DNA of 62,712 bases, filler included, from Collodictyon triciliatum (GCA_043381765.1; 21 parts of 21 records of this genome joined end to end with filler, not necessarily neighbours in it); one strand, 5' to 3'. Counted from the whole stretch's first letter, positions 33,078 through 47,027 are shown. Translations and numbers: made by a program. The notes: generated by a model from the letters alone, not told the origin.

Positions 33078-35664
33078 ATGACCTCGGCAGAGCCCAAAGC
33101 AGGGCAGCAGACCCGCTCGTTCTCCTCGCGAGCGCATCGATCCACACACACGCCGCTCTACGCATCGCCCGTGCTTCCCCAGTCGCAGGCCGCCGCCCTT
33201 GCGTCCAACAGCAACCCGAGTCTTGCACAACACCCGCCGCAACTACAGTCTGTGCTGGGCAGCCTGGGCAGCATGAACATCAGCCCAAAGACAACGGCCT
33301 CCTTCCAATCAAGCATCCCTCATCAATCTCCCACTGCAAATACTGCCAGGACTGTGTCGGGTGCTGTGCAATCCAGCAAGCCAGCGTCCCAGCAGCAGAT
33401 GATTCCCCGCCCAACTCCGCCCGCATATCCTTTGGCTTCGACCTCTCGTCCCATCCTGCATCCCGTAGCCAGTTTGCTGCAGAATCTCCATACTGTCCCG
33501 AATCCACCGACAGCATCGGCTAATCAAACCATGAGTAGTCAACCCCGCTTGGATTCTAGAGCCGTAGGTCGGTCAAGCTCAGCCTTGAACCAATCCACAG
33601 GATTATCGTCTGGATCTGTAACCGCTTCTTCTAGTGGTCCACCTTCTAGCGGGGTAGGGGGCACCAATACTGCTTTTGCATCTGTATCCCATGAATCGTA
33701 TATGCAAAACTCAAGGTCTTTCAATGGAGCTCGCTTGAATAGTCTAGGAATACCTAGTGAAAACATGGATTTGCCAACAAATATAGCCAGTGCTCAGCCA
33801 AATAGTTCCTCTCATTCTGGGTTACCTATGGTATCCGGACCGAGTAACACCTTTCAGCCACCAGGTTTGCATCCACTTGCCCTACCAGCATCATCGGGAA
33901 ATGCAGCGCATCAACAATCCCAAGTCCATCTGGATCAGAACCAAACTGCTCAATCGCACAATCCTATCTTGCATACTTCTACTTCGGCATCAAACACAGC
34001 TGCAATATCTCGTTTTCCACCATTGGTTATATCGTCGTTAATGTCTGATATATTCGCTTCAAATTCATCCACAAAGCATGCTATTGCGAATGGATCTTCA
34101 CTACACAGAAATTCAATAACGGGCTCCATCGTAACACCCTCACCGGTCTGCCCAATCATTCCTGCATACATCGAAAATCGAGAAACAGACCCAAATCTTG
34201 CTGGCCAAGAATCCGAAATAAGGTCTATCGAGGACCCAGCGTTTCTAGTGATAATAGCTCGCGCAGCGAATCAAGAACAAGATATGATATCTTTAACTGA
34301 AGCCCTTCAAAGAATTGACTCTCTTCTAGGAGCCAAGAAAGAAGGTAAATGCTCCTTTACGCATTCTTTTCCTCATCGAAGGAGTAAGACAGTTCATTAT
34401 TACCGCTAAAGTAAATCATACGATGCCCTCCTAAATGCAGTTTTAAATGAACGATTCTGGCTTTATCAATATAATTAGGACCCCAATTGGATAAATACAT
34501 CAAAATCATGGGCAAAGAATCAGCATCAATAGCCTTCCTCGAAATACTGGAAACTCACAAATATGACTACAATATAAGTTTTATCATATGTTCGATATTC
34601 AGGTGATGAATCTATCTCTCTCGTCATATACATATTTACAATACCTCTAATTCCCTCAGGTGTCTAGAGTCTAATCCTTGAATGTTTTTCTTTATATGTT
34701 TGACGTAATAGTTAAATATGTCATTTTCAAATAAAGGTACATGTCTCGAGTGGAGCCCAAGTCTTTGAAAAAAATTGGCGCATCCAGAATATTCTGTCAC
34801 TTAGTGCCTATTTACGGATCACATTCTGATTATTTGCTGCTGCTATTCGATATACTATCATCCCTTGTCAAATATGGTTTGCATTTTCACTCTACTTAAT
34901 TGTCCACATCAATGAGCTCTCCAGATCACCCTTGTATTTTTTTTTGCCTCATATATGTTCGACGCTAACTAATATCTAACATAGACAAAAGCATTCCCAT
35001 CTTGATCAGGATGGAGGGCGCATTGAAAACAATCGTTAATAGTATTCGATTGTCATTTGATAATATTTCTTTTGTTCGACCGACTTTGAAATTTCTATAC
35101 TGTTTGTGTAATTTAGGTACACAAATATAAACCATCCAACTTCATTTTTTCCAATTACATTATCCCGATAATATCTGAACAAAGAAACAAACGCATTATA
35201 AGATGACATTCACGCTTTCAGCATACTGGCAAAGTCAAATACTATACTTCCTGATTATCACTATTGATTAAAAATTACAGATGCTAATGTGACAGCTCTT
35301 GCAAAGTATGATTTCATGATCCTAATAATGAGACTCCTCCGATATTATCACGAAGACAAATTACTTTTCGAACTCTCATTACCAGTTCTAATATGTTTGT
35401 CTAAAAATGGTGAATCATTTGCATATACATATCTCCCCATAGTCCTTCATGAGATAATCACTTATACATTAAGTATCACGATTGAATAGGTTCAGATATT
35501 GAATTATATTTCTCATTTTTTTATACATAATTTAGAATCACATGCAGTTTCTTTTGAAAAAGAAAGAGGATTTCAATTTTTGTTGGAATTCATGTACAAG
35601 TATGTCGAACATTCACACTTTTTGAAAGGCTGTATCACAATACTCAAATTTATCGGACGTCGAG
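33078..35664 (+). CDS. Ser/Pro-rich N-terminus plus armadillo-like region, probably cytosolic carboxypeptidase 1 (CCP1/AGTPBP1)-like, 3'-partial
   Basis: A first exon of over 420 codons is followed by spliced YDKSIPILIRMEGALKTIVNSIRLSFDNISFVRPTLKFLYCLCNL|DANVTALAK. The DK..R..GAL....N...N...V.P.L..L...N...L.K pattern resembles the CCP1 ARM region as recalled. The catalytic domain is not on this contig. Confidence 0.55.
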
Positions 35665-36162
35665 GTATTTTTTTCTCTATCTTACACGAACAAATAAAAC
35701 GTCTCTCAATTTTCATTCATTCATTCATTCACTCACTCACTCACTCACTCACTCACTCACTCACTCACTCACTCACTCACTCACTCACTCACTCACTCAC
35801 TCACTCACTCACTCACTCANNNNNNNNNNNNNNNNNNNNNNNNNNNNNNNNNNNNNNNNNNNNTTAATTAATTAANNNNNNNNNNNNNNNNNNNNNNNNN
35901 NNNNNNNNNNNNNNNNNNNTTTTTTTTTTTTTTTCCTCCCCCCCCCCCCCCTCCCCTCCATATCCATTTTCTTTGTTTGATTCAAAGTCCCCCCTCCGTG
36001 TCCATATTATGAATGTGCTTACACAAATGCTGTATCTTCAAGCCGATTGTGTGGGATGTCACCTTTCGATGTGCATGATTTAAGTATCCATTTTTAATTG
36101 GTTGGGAAGTGCGAGATACATGCTTTGATGTAATAACGTGGGCTCAAAATACCGATGCTCAG

Positions 36163-37611
36163 GTTCACAGTGCTCTCATCCAAGCTGGATGCGTCATCAA
36201 TTGTCAAGATGTTGAATAACATGTTCTCGCAGGTACGAAGGATAATTAGGCATATGGTGACCGTACTGAAGCTGAACATACCTTTCTGATGCACCCAGGA
36301 GCTCGATTTTCAAGATATCTATTTGTTTTTTTTTTTTTTGAAATGAATTGATGGCAGTTTACATATTCTGTAGAGGAATTTAATAATGCGCATATATGTT
36401 CAGGTGGACGAGGCGGCCGAGAGACTTGGAATGGAGAAAATCAAAACAATTGGTATGTACCAAAATAATAGGCAATTTTATTAGTATTTTTTTTGGTTGG
36501 TTATCTCTGACAGTAAAGTACGTCTTTGTTGCCATAAAAAGAATTCAAGAATAATTTGATGATGTTTGTCTAAATAAGAAGAGTCAATACATATGTACCA
36601 GCATTTTTCTCCTTATATTACAAACCATATTTTTGGGATGAATGATGGTTTTTTTTTTTTACTATCTTTTAATTATTTTTTTTCAAAGAGAGGCTCTGTA
36701 ATTGCTTGCTTTCTTGGGGGTAGGCAAAGGATATCACATGGTAACTCATTTTTCTTTTTTTTCCGGCTGCAGGCGATGCATACATGGTTGTAGCCGGTCT
36801 TCCCTATCCACGACCTGACCACGCCAAGGTAATGAATGAAATTGTGTGCGTACATGTATAAAGGAAGATGGACTAGTTACAGTCCGTTGGATGTTTCTTT
36901 ATTCCTCGATTTATCACTACGACTTTGTGTTATTTCTTCATTACTTGTTCACGATTTGATGTCTGACATCAATCATGTTGACCAAATATCATGGAATACA
37001 GGTTGCTGTGATGATGGCGCTTGAGATGGTTGGAATCGTTCAAAGCTTGCCTGAAATCGAGGGTCTGCGAGTGAATGTTCGAATCGGGGTACATAGTGGG
37101 CCAGTTGTTGGAGGGATTATCGGGGCCAGCAAGATGGTAAGTCATGAAACGGTGTATAAGCAAGCAGCTGCATACTTTGAAAAGGAGTGAATTGTTTCAG
37201 CTTGTTTTCAAGAGCAGTCTGAGCTATCTATTTGTCTTGATGAAAAAGTGTCTTTCAACCGTGTTGTGTTGGTTGTGGTACCTTTTTCTGTTCTTTTCCA
37301 TATATATTTTTTTTGTCGAGATTGCTAGATGTTTGGATGAACCGCAAGTACTCGTACCCATGCTCATTGTATGCACGATATAGGTGTTTGATATTTGGGG
37401 CAACAACGTGAATGTTGCGTCGAAGATGGAATCAAGCGGGTCGCCCGGGTGCGTGAATGTGTCGCATGTGACCAGAAATATGATTGGGGACTGTGAGGAT
37501 TTTGAGTTTGAGAAGCGAGACAAGACATACACATATGGAGACCAAACATATGAGCTATACTTTGTACGCTCGACCAACGGACAGGTCCGGGGAAGCACTG
37601 GAGAGTGGTAG
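36163..37611 (+). CDS. Class III nucleotide cyclase catalytic domain (adenylyl-type), 5'-partial
   Basis: GFTVLSSKLDASSIVKMLNNMFSQ|VDEAAERLGMEKIKTIG|DAYMVVAGLP...|...VRIGVHSGPVVGGIIGASKM|VFDIWGNNVNVASKMES. The Lys in KIKT and Asp in FDIW indicate ATP specificity. Confidence 0.92.
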
Positions 37612-38122
37612 GGACGAAGAAAGTCGACAAGAAAGCATCAATCCCTCAAACTGCATCATACAATCTGAGTATACTGACTGACTGACTGACTGGCTTGTGT
37701 GACCCCACTCCCATCCATACTCGAGTTTGTTTCACCTTGGGCGATTTAACCACCACTTTCCGATCGATAACTTAAGTGTTCCTTCGTAATAATGAAGAAA
37801 AACAAAAATAAAAAGCAAAAAATTCCCATATACTTTACACTGAACAAAAGCATCCAAAAATAAAAAGAAGCCAACACGGCACACACATCGAAGTTATCAT
37901 CGGGAATCGATATTTCCTTGGTGGCCTTGTTTTCCTGGGCTCAAAACTAGAAGAATCAGAAACTAGGACGCATGCGCTGATATTTTAAGCTCTATTTTCT
38001 TGCTGATTGCAGAGTCATAGAACTTGTATTCTATGTTTGCATTGGCGAAGGTTTATATCGTGGTAGCATATAAGCTGTGGGGTAATTAGGAAACGAATCG
38101 AGAAATATGATTTTTTTTTTAA

Positions 38123-38516
38123 AAAAAAAAAAACAGGCTGAGCAGGGAGAATCAAGAGACAAATATATCTATATCCGTATCTATATCTATCTATATAATT
38201 TTTACTAAAAATAAATTTGCACAGTTTGTTTGTAAGGTGTTACGAGTTGGGAGCCTTAGCCAGANNNNNNNNNNNNNNNNNNNNNNNNNNNNNNNNNNNN
38301 NNNNNNNNNNNNNNNNNNNNNNNNNNNNNNNNNNNNNNNNNNNNNNNNNNNNNNNNNNNNNNNNNNNNNNNNNNNNAAAAAAAAACAGGCTGAGCGGGGA
38401 GAATCAAGAGAGAAATATATCTATATCCGTATCTATATCTATCTATATAATTTTTACTAAAAATAAATTTGCACAGTTTGTTTGTAAGGTGTTACAAGTT
38501 GGGAGCCTAAGCCAGA
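38123..38516. repeat. ~140-bp direct duplication flanking an internal N gap
   Basis: 38123-38264 recurs at 38377-38516 with four substitutions. Confidence 0.85.
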
Positions 38517-40548
38517 ATATGTTGATCTATTCTGTACCCCGCGATGTGAATAAATTTGGTGATCACACCAAGAGAGACTTGGGAGGAACAACAAGAAAAA
38601 AACACAATGAATAAAAAAATAAAATAAAATAAAAATATCACTTTTGCTGAGAAACAAGCGCACAAGCAGAGAAAAATGGACACATTCTCCAGAAAGTAAT
38701 ATTATTCAACTGGCATTCTCTCCTTCTTTTCGACCCAACACATTCTGAAGCCAGAAAAAAAAACAAAAAAAAACAAAAAAAAACAAAAAAAAACAAAAAA
38801 AAACAAAAAANNNNNNNNNNNNNNNNNNNNNNNNNNNNNNNNNNNNNNNNNNNNTTAATTAATTAANNNNNNNNNNNNNNNNNNNNNNNNNNNNNNNNNN
38901 NNNNNNNNNNGAAAGAAAAAGAAAGAAAAAGAAAGAAAAAGAAAGAAAAAGAAAGAAAAAGAAAGAAAAAGAAAGAAAGAAAGGAAAAGAAAAGAAAGAA
39001 AAAGAAAGAAAGAAAGGAAAAGAAAAGAAAGAAAAAGAAAGAAAAAGAAAGAAAAAGAAAGAAAAGAATGAAAAAAAGAAAGTAGCAACCATAGAAAAGT
39101 TTGAGATCGCGATGCGCCTCAATTGATATTCCGTGGCTCAGACGATGCCGTACACATAATCTGTGCCCACCAGAGTTAATCGCCCATCAAACCAATACGG
39201 GAACAAAGAAAACAACCATTTCGAAGGACAGCGGTGCTTGAATTTTGAGAGGAGAATCAGGCGGAGAACACAGAGCGCCCAGCAGTGTTCAACACCCACA
39301 CTCCGCAGGCCACTCGGGCTCAGAGGATGCGCGGTGCGAAAAAAGTGCAAAAAAAAAAAAAGGAGTGATGCCGAAGCATCCCGTGGTTATCAATTCGCTG
39401 TGGCTAGGTAGAAAACGCGTTCTGGGCGTATTTTAGCAGGAAATATCGAGATATTCAAGAAGTGAAGACAAAATAAGATCAATTCGCGTAAATTCTGAAC
39501 TTTCCCGCAAAAATAGCATCACTGAATGACACGAGGCGAAGCGTCACGCATGAATGCGGGCCGAAAAGCTCGAGGGAAACCCTTTGGTCTTGTGTGTTTC
39601 GAAAAGTGTGTCGCGTCAGTGAGGGCATTATGTTGGACACAAGATGAATCGGCCAGTGCGTGTTCACCAGCCAATTCTACTGTGTGTCCAACAAACATCA
39701 TCGCCTGGGCGTATCATCATTTTACAATTTGTTCTATCGTTCTGGCTTTCTTGAGCCAAAGCTGCCCCCGCCAAGCACACGGCAAGAGACCGAAAGACGA
39801 TGAAGGCCTCTGCGCATCTGGCGCCTTTTTCCAATTTTTTTTTTAAAGATATGTGTGCCCGATTATTATTATTATTATTATTTAATCTTTTGGAGCCTGG
39901 CACACAATCTGAATCTCAGACGAAAGGTATCCGTTGTTGTGCCGCAGGCAACGCAGAGCGAGATGCTTTTCTGTGCGACACACAACTGCCTGTCTTTTTT
40001 CTTTTTATTCATTCCATGAGATCAAATAAAAGGGGACTAAGCCATACAACGGGGTGGCTAAGGTGGCTCTGTCAGGAGCAGACGCGGCAGCAGTGATTTT
40101 TTCGATGGCGGACAGAAGGAGATGACCCAGACCCATTAGATTCTTTGTACTATCCCCAAACCGCATCATGGATGTCCATCCGTTTCATTTCTTTCCGCAC
40201 TGTACATCCCAAATCATGAAAAAGAAAAAAACACAACATTGCCAAGAACAAGTGGTTTGCGGGGTGAGGCCTGCGAAAGGAATCCACCAGCCGAATCAAG
40301 GAAAGGGGTTCCTGCGCCACCTCTCCTTTTCATCTACCCTCTGGCACTGCTGCTACGCCTTCGATACAAAGCAGCAAAGCGAGTCGAAGCGAGTCAACGC
40401 GAGTCAACGCGCAGTGCGCACAGACAGACGGACCAAGGACTCTTTTTTCCTTTATTCGCTTCAAAGTCAGACGGGCTGCGGATAACAACGCCCCGGGCCG
40501 TTGCGGAAGGCATAAGCACACCCACACGCTGACCAGATCTCGGCAGGA

Positions 40549-41693
40549 ATGAGCGGGGCAAGTCTGTCGATCGAGACTGCGGAACTGACGCGCTTCGCGG
40601 AGACTGTCCTGGAACTGTGGCTGCGAGAGTGGACGGAGCCGTGCGCAACATACTCTGTCAGCGGGCGGGATCTTCTGCGCGCCTTTTGCCTCTTTTCTGT
40701 CGCCGATCTTCACAGGCACTTCACCACCAAAGACTTTGCTGCGCTGGCCTCGCACGTCCTTTCGCGCACAGCCGATCTGCGACAGGTTCGCCGGAGTTCT
40801 CTTCCACCCCAGCTGTCTGTGCCAGACTTCACAGCCGCCTTTTGCACTGTTGCAGTGTGCGACGCCTTCGCCAGACGGTCGATTCCTGCTGCAGTTCAAG
40901 GCCCACGCTGTTCAAAGAATACTGCAGTTCCGCGATGGGAAAAAGAGTGAGGCGAAGCAGGCTGTTCAAGAGGAGGCTCCGCTCTCGTCCGAAACCCCCA
41001 CTCCAGCGACAGAAACGTCCCAGTCCGAAGGAAACAGTGTTGCGTCTCCAAGGCTGCATGATTCCTCGTGGGTAACAGCATTCATCAACAAGATGCAAGG
41101 TAAGATGGGTGAGAAATGTGCCGTCTGATGGCGCTATTAGGCAATAGTATACCGAGGACTCCTGTCTTTTATGTATATATCTCCACACATACATGTCTGA
41201 GCCGTTGAGGGCTTCCTGATTTTTTTTAATTTGCTTAAATTCTCATACATCTGAATGTTTTTTTTTTTTAAAAGAAAGAGAGAAGCATTTTCCAATCTAT
41301 TGACAGAAATGTTTCCGTAGGAGATGAAGAAGAGTCAAGTTTGGTGCTGGATGAGATTACTCGTGACAACTACAAATTAGTACACTCTGTTCAGGCACTT
41401 GTCCAACCAGTGCGTTCCTGAGCTCATTGGAATTATCTACAATTTTAATTCATAGTCGTAGATAAGATGAATGAGATTGAGCGCACATTTAGCAGAAAAA
41501 ATTATTTTTTTCAATATGCACATACCATTTCTAATCGCCATTTTTTGGGGGGAGTAGAATCTCGGAGAAAGCGAGTTGGTAGAAGTGGTCACATGCCTTG
41601 GTCTGATGGGAGCCAAAGACGCTGAGGCTTACGCGGTAATGTCTCTAATGGGTCTTGTCTCTCGTTTGGTATCTTGTATAGAGAAGGCCAAAG
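40549..41693 (+). CDS. Hypothetical protein, 3'-partial, multi-exon
   Basis: MSGASLSIETAELTRFAETVLELWLREW...DLRQ|FKAHAVQRIL...SWVTAFINKMQGKM|...EESSLVLDEITRDNYKLV...|...WVEVVTCLGLMG, with GT-AG boundaries. Confidence 0.55.
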
Positions 41694-41703
41694 GTGACTC
41701 ATA

Positions 41704-41800
<97 letters not shown>

Positions 41801-42482
41801 NNNNNNNNNNNNNNNNNNNNNNNNNNNNNNNNNNNNNNNNNNNNTTAATTAATTAANNNNNNNNNNNNNNNNNNNNNNNNNNNNNNNNNNNNNNNNNNNN
41901 AAGGAAACGCAATCAAGCCGCAGCACAAGACCTTTTACCTTGCATAACCAATCCTCCTGAAGCAAAAGCTACCGTTCTGCTTGTGGTTGGCTGTTCTTAG
42001 GAACTATATTCCACAAATAGCCCACACAAGTCTTATTCACTACATAAAACTGAATATGGAGATGTCGGTTTTTGAAGAAACAGGTGGTGTAGTAAAAACG
42101 ATTCCCCTTCTGTGCGAATGACTCACAAAAAACAAAAAACAAAAAACAAAAACAAAAAAATCAAACTATACAGCCTGAGAAAGAAAAAAGAGAAAAAAAA
42201 GGAGAAAAAACAGGGAATAAGAAATAAGAAACACGGAAGGAAAATAGAAAAAGAAGAGAAAAAAAAGAGAAAAGGGACAGGCAGATCGCCTGTTAACCAC
42301 ATTTTGCCAACCAACAGGATTTTTAGAGGATCTGACAGTAACGTCATGATTTTTTCCGGCTCAACGAGCCCACCCAAAACACAGGAAGACAAGGAGATAG
42401 AGGGACAAGTGGCCAAGACGACAAATAGTAAAAGAAGAGAAGAGGGAGAAAAAAAAAAGAGAGATCCAATTGATAGGTTCCG

Positions 42483-44639
42483 ATGCAACCATTCCGCTTT
42501 CGTCCCACCTCTTCCGGGCCAACTCTCCCAGGAGCCTCTTCGCCTTACTCCGTACCTAACAGTAGTGCAAGTGCAAACACAAATACAAACACAATCTCCA
42601 TCCCGGTTTCAACCAACCAGAACGACTCACATCGAGCACAAAGCCCAACCCACGCCTCATTTTCGCCTCACTCTCCAGTTTTGTCTTCACACTCAGTTTA
42701 TTCTGCTCGCATTGTCCCGTCCTCTCGACGCTCGTCTGTTTTGTCCGGGCTTATAGCTGATGCTCCTGTGACATCTCCACATACATCATGGAGACGTTCA
42801 AGTTCAACATATGAGTCTATTCAGGCTCCACTCACTACCAACTCATCAGGCGGATACGATTCTCTGCAGTGGCCTCCACAAAGTCCTGGCCTTGCAAAAG
42901 GTGTGAGTATGCCTCGCCGAAAGAGTATTGCCTTTGCTTCTTATGTTCAGAACGTCTTTCGGCCGCCACAGTTTCGTGTGTATCACAACCGGTGGCTAGT
43001 TCTGGCTCTTTATTACTTTGTCGCAGCTTCAAATTGTGTCGTGTGGATGACATATGCACCAATAAGTGACTTAGTGGAGGACGAGTATGGCAATCAAACT
43101 GAATTTCCATGAAATCTGACGGATTCATCATCGCCATAATATATTGAAATCATTAAAAGAAAGAGCGAATAAATATAGAAATAATACAAATCCTTCACAC
43201 TATGTGTTTCACATGCATCTCTTTATCACAGAAACATTTGTTTGTGTTGCGAATTTAACTAAGTATATTGATATATATATTAGGTATGAGGTGGATCTGT
43301 ACTTTGTAAACTCTCTCAGTCTTCTATTTATGATCGTGCACGTTCTGCTGTTTCCGTGGTCATCTACAATCCTAGACAAGCATCCATTACGCGAAGGCGT
43401 AAGTTGACTCATTCTTGATTGTTTGGACTCATCGCTTCAAATGTTAGCACGATTGCTGGACATGTTAACGATTTTTCAAATCATCTCCATTTTTTATTCA
43501 GGTCCTATTAGGAGCTTTATTCACTGCAGTTGGAAGCTGGGTTCGTGTGATCGGGGACTACTATAACTCCTTTCCTGCTGTCTTTCTTGGTCAATGTATA
43601 CCTCTTTCTTACGTTCTCAAACTAAATCAACCTTGCATAAGTGATAACTGAGAGGAGAAGGGTATCTTACATGAGCAATTCTTGAATTCTATTTTTATAT
43701 TTATTTTTCCTTTTACTTTAAATCGGGGGTTCTTTACGGAGATCTAGTATGATATACACCGGAAACTTATAATGAACATATGTCCATTTCCCTCAGATTG
43801 TCATCTTTACTCTAATATCTCTAAATGATCTTCAAACTATTAAACTCAAATCTACGTGTGTTTAGTTGTTGCCAGCTTCGGTCAGCCATTTCTACTTAAT
43901 GCGCCCACTAAGCTTGTTGCCACATGGTTCGATGCAGAGCAAAGGACGACAGCAACATCAGTCGCGATGACGTCTTCTTTCGTGGGTGTTTCAGCATGTT
44001 ATCTCTACAGCGCTTTTATGGTCAAAAGAGAGAGTGACATTCTCCTTTATTTAATCCTAATCGCATCGTGTTCGACCTTCTGCGGGCTGGCATGCTATTG
44101 GCTATTGGAGAATGAGCCTCCATCTCCACCGTGTTGGTCTCAGATCCAGCGAGTGAGTGCTATGATATATCATAAAAACACGAATAGATGAATAGTAATG
44201 TTAAAAAAAAAAGAAAAAAAGAAAACGATAGAGGCATTAAATCCGCTCACTAACTTTTTATTAAACTAGGAATCACACCCATTTATCGAGTCTGTAAAGT
44301 TACTGTTCGCGGATAGAAATTACACTTTACTTGTGATTCAAAGCAGCTTCTCCCTGGGTGCAATAAATGCTCTTATAACTGTTTTACAACAAATTTTGGC
44401 ACAGTTTGAATATTCCACTGTGAGTACAGTTTTCTGTAAAGTATGTCAGTGTAATTTTTCAATTCATTAATTTCTATTCATTTAAATGATATTTTTGGTG
44501 AATATTGCCATAAGTATATTGTCGATTTTTTCTTTTTGCAAAGACTGAAACAGGAATTATTGGCTCGTCTTCCATATGCACGGGTGTATTCGGTTCTTTA
44601 ATTTTCCCATATATAATTGACCAAACGCAATCATACAAG
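42483..44639 (+). CDS. MFS transporter of the FLVCR/SLC49 (MFSD7) family, 3'-partial
   Basis: FRVYHNRWLVLALYYFVAASNCVVWMTYAPI...VNSLSLLFM...GSWVR...GQ|FVASFGQPFLLNAPTKLVATWFDAEQRTTATS...EPPSPP are characteristic family motifs. Confidence 0.88.
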
Positions 44640-45180
44640 GTAATATTCATGTCAGACTCAGAGTTTCCTCTTTTTTTTACTCTCATACCCCCAATACACT
44701 CCTTCCTAAAGGTTTAATACCCTAGGACAAAAATATTGATAAAATAAGACTAACCATATGTCAGCTTTGCACAAGTATTCTGCTCAGCTTCANNNNNNNN
44801 NNNNNNNNNNNNNNNNNNNNNNNNNNNNNNNNNNNNTTAATTAATTAANNNNNNNNNNNNNNNNNNNNNNNNNNNNNNNNNNNNNNNNNNNNTTCTGTTA
44901 TGCTTTTATTGAAGTAATGATATGACGTTTATAGCTGCTCAGTCATAACATAATATCTCGATAAAATCCGTTAATAAACCTTATCACCATCCTATATTAA
45001 AAAATGATAATTATACCATTGTAGCATTTATCAATATTTAACACCAGAGAAGGCTGGAATAAAACGGTAACTAGCGATGTTACAAACTGCCACCCACTGC
45101 TAATCTTACATATTATGTAGCAGATCTGCACAGCCATCCGTGAAGCATACCTCAAGTCAGCTGCATCCGTGAGCAATTAT

Positions 45181-45263
45181 TGATATATCCTAATTTTTTT
45201 TATTCTTCTTTTCAATTTTGTGCAGGATGGTGAAGATGTTGGCTTTGGTGACATATCCTCATT
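45181..45263 (-). mobile_element. Short poly(A)-tailed retroposon-like insert, copy on a second contig, with a 15-bp TSD
   Basis: The body matches 14511-14566 with one substitution. It is flanked by TGATATATCCTAATT (45181-45195) and TGACATATCCTCATT (45249-45263). Confidence 0.68.
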
Positions 45264-47027
45264 ATAAAATCTTGTGAAAAAAAAAGACATTTTTATTTAT
45301 TTTAAGATTGTAATCTGCTAAACAATTTTATTCTGCAAAACTTTTTTAAAATATGGAATTATTTAAGCACGACTGCTCATAATCATGTTCAAATAAATTG
45401 AGGTTGGTAACCTAGGGTAAGTGTGTTTTCGTCAAATAGTTCGGTATTTTCAAGCAGCACTGTACACGACTTCCATTTTCACACTCAATATAGTCGACTT
45501 AAGTGTAAGACTATTTTTTATGCCTTAGGCGATTACAAATCTTTCTTTAACTTTAATCATGTCCATCATCATTCAAGTATCGATAAGTATTCGTTATGTT
45601 AAGGGTATGTGCATTAGAATATGGCCTATGAAAAATAAATTGACTCAAGAACAAAAATATGTCTAGCAAACAAAGTTATTTTTAACCTTTTAATCATGCA
45701 TCAGTAATTAAACGAATTAATACCATGATGAAACAAACAGTAATCGAAAGATAAATTAGACAAAAATACCAAATTATGTCTTCAAGTAAAAAAAAACATA
45801 AAAAAACATGGAACATTTTAACATAGACATAAAAAATAATTGTATATTTTCGATAACTTAACATAAAACGCCCATTCTTAATAGCAATAAGATATTACCT
45901 TGCCATTATAATACTATCAAGCCATACTCACTCAAGCATATTTATATTTGGGCCAAATACTACAATTAAAAAATTCACCAAAATTTCTCCGCACTGCAAA
46001 TACGTATAAACCCTAATCTATCAACTAAATGCTATATGAAGGGAGAAAAACTCTCGAAAGTATTTTAAGCATGCCAAAAAACCTGCTCATAAGTTTAACG
46101 CATGTCAAAGGATATTTGTAACTATTTTAAATCGTGTTATGGTCACCATTGGTAATAATTTTATATCGCTCTGATGCTTTAAAATAAATAAATAAAAATG
46201 TACCAAATAGTCAAACACAGCGCTTTAAAAAGTAAACAAATATATCAAAGATAACTAAGATCCAATAAAAATAAAATCATAAACAGTTTTTTTCTAGTAA
46301 ATTTGCCTAATCAATTTTCTGTAAGCCATCAATCACAAAGACCAATATGTAATAGATAGTGGAGTATAAACCATATTTCCGGCACAAAAACTAGTTATTC
46401 ACTTTCATCATACTGGATTTTTTTAACATAATCGTATGCTAAACATGAATTTTACAAAAAAAAAATACTATATTTCACGAACAATGACTATATACTTTTT
46501 CTATTATATTCATTTCGTCTCAAATAATAATGGCACATGATTTACTCAAATATTCGACTCTTCTTAATAAGTCATTCACAAATGATAAAAAATAAGATTT
46601 TGAGATATCAATAAGCCACTGCGCACTGCAAGCGTAATCGCGGTCTTCAAGAGCTAACAATGATAATGCAGCCCATACACTATTTTTATTTAAAAAAAAT
46701 CACAATATTTACGCATTAATGATGGTGTTGCTGATACACACAAATCATAGCAATAATAATAATGATTATAATAGATGAAATGGTCACATTTTTTTCCTTT
46801 AATTCGATTCAAAGTGTAGCAAGGTTATGCCATACAAAAAATGAACTGGTTACATAAAATTGAACATAAAACTCATCGATAATTAATTATTTTTTTGTTG
46901 TTGTCAATTTATCGTTAGCCTATCCCTATATTTAACCTACCTACACCGTCCTAAAGTTCGATATATCTTAATAAATAACATGTGCATAGCCATTTTGTAC
47001 TTTATTTCGTTTTAACAAAATTGCACT

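Noticed and set aside
39367-39380. C(UUCG)G hairpin followed by a T-run on the minus strand, as an ncRNA or terminator
   Set aside because: The stem is only 5 bp, with no Sm site or other ncRNA features.
40379-40411. Three copies of a GCGAGTC(A/G)A motif upstream of the ATG at 40549 as a promoter element
   Set aside because: Short tandem duplications are common in this genome, and the motif was not noticed upstream of other genes.
45048-45247. Microexon gene reading EGWNKT|QICTAIREAYLKSAAS|DGEDVGF
   Set aside because: The last 'exon' and its pyrimidine tract are the TSD-flanked insert read in antisense, and no further exons or homology were found. It is not fully excluded without RNA data.
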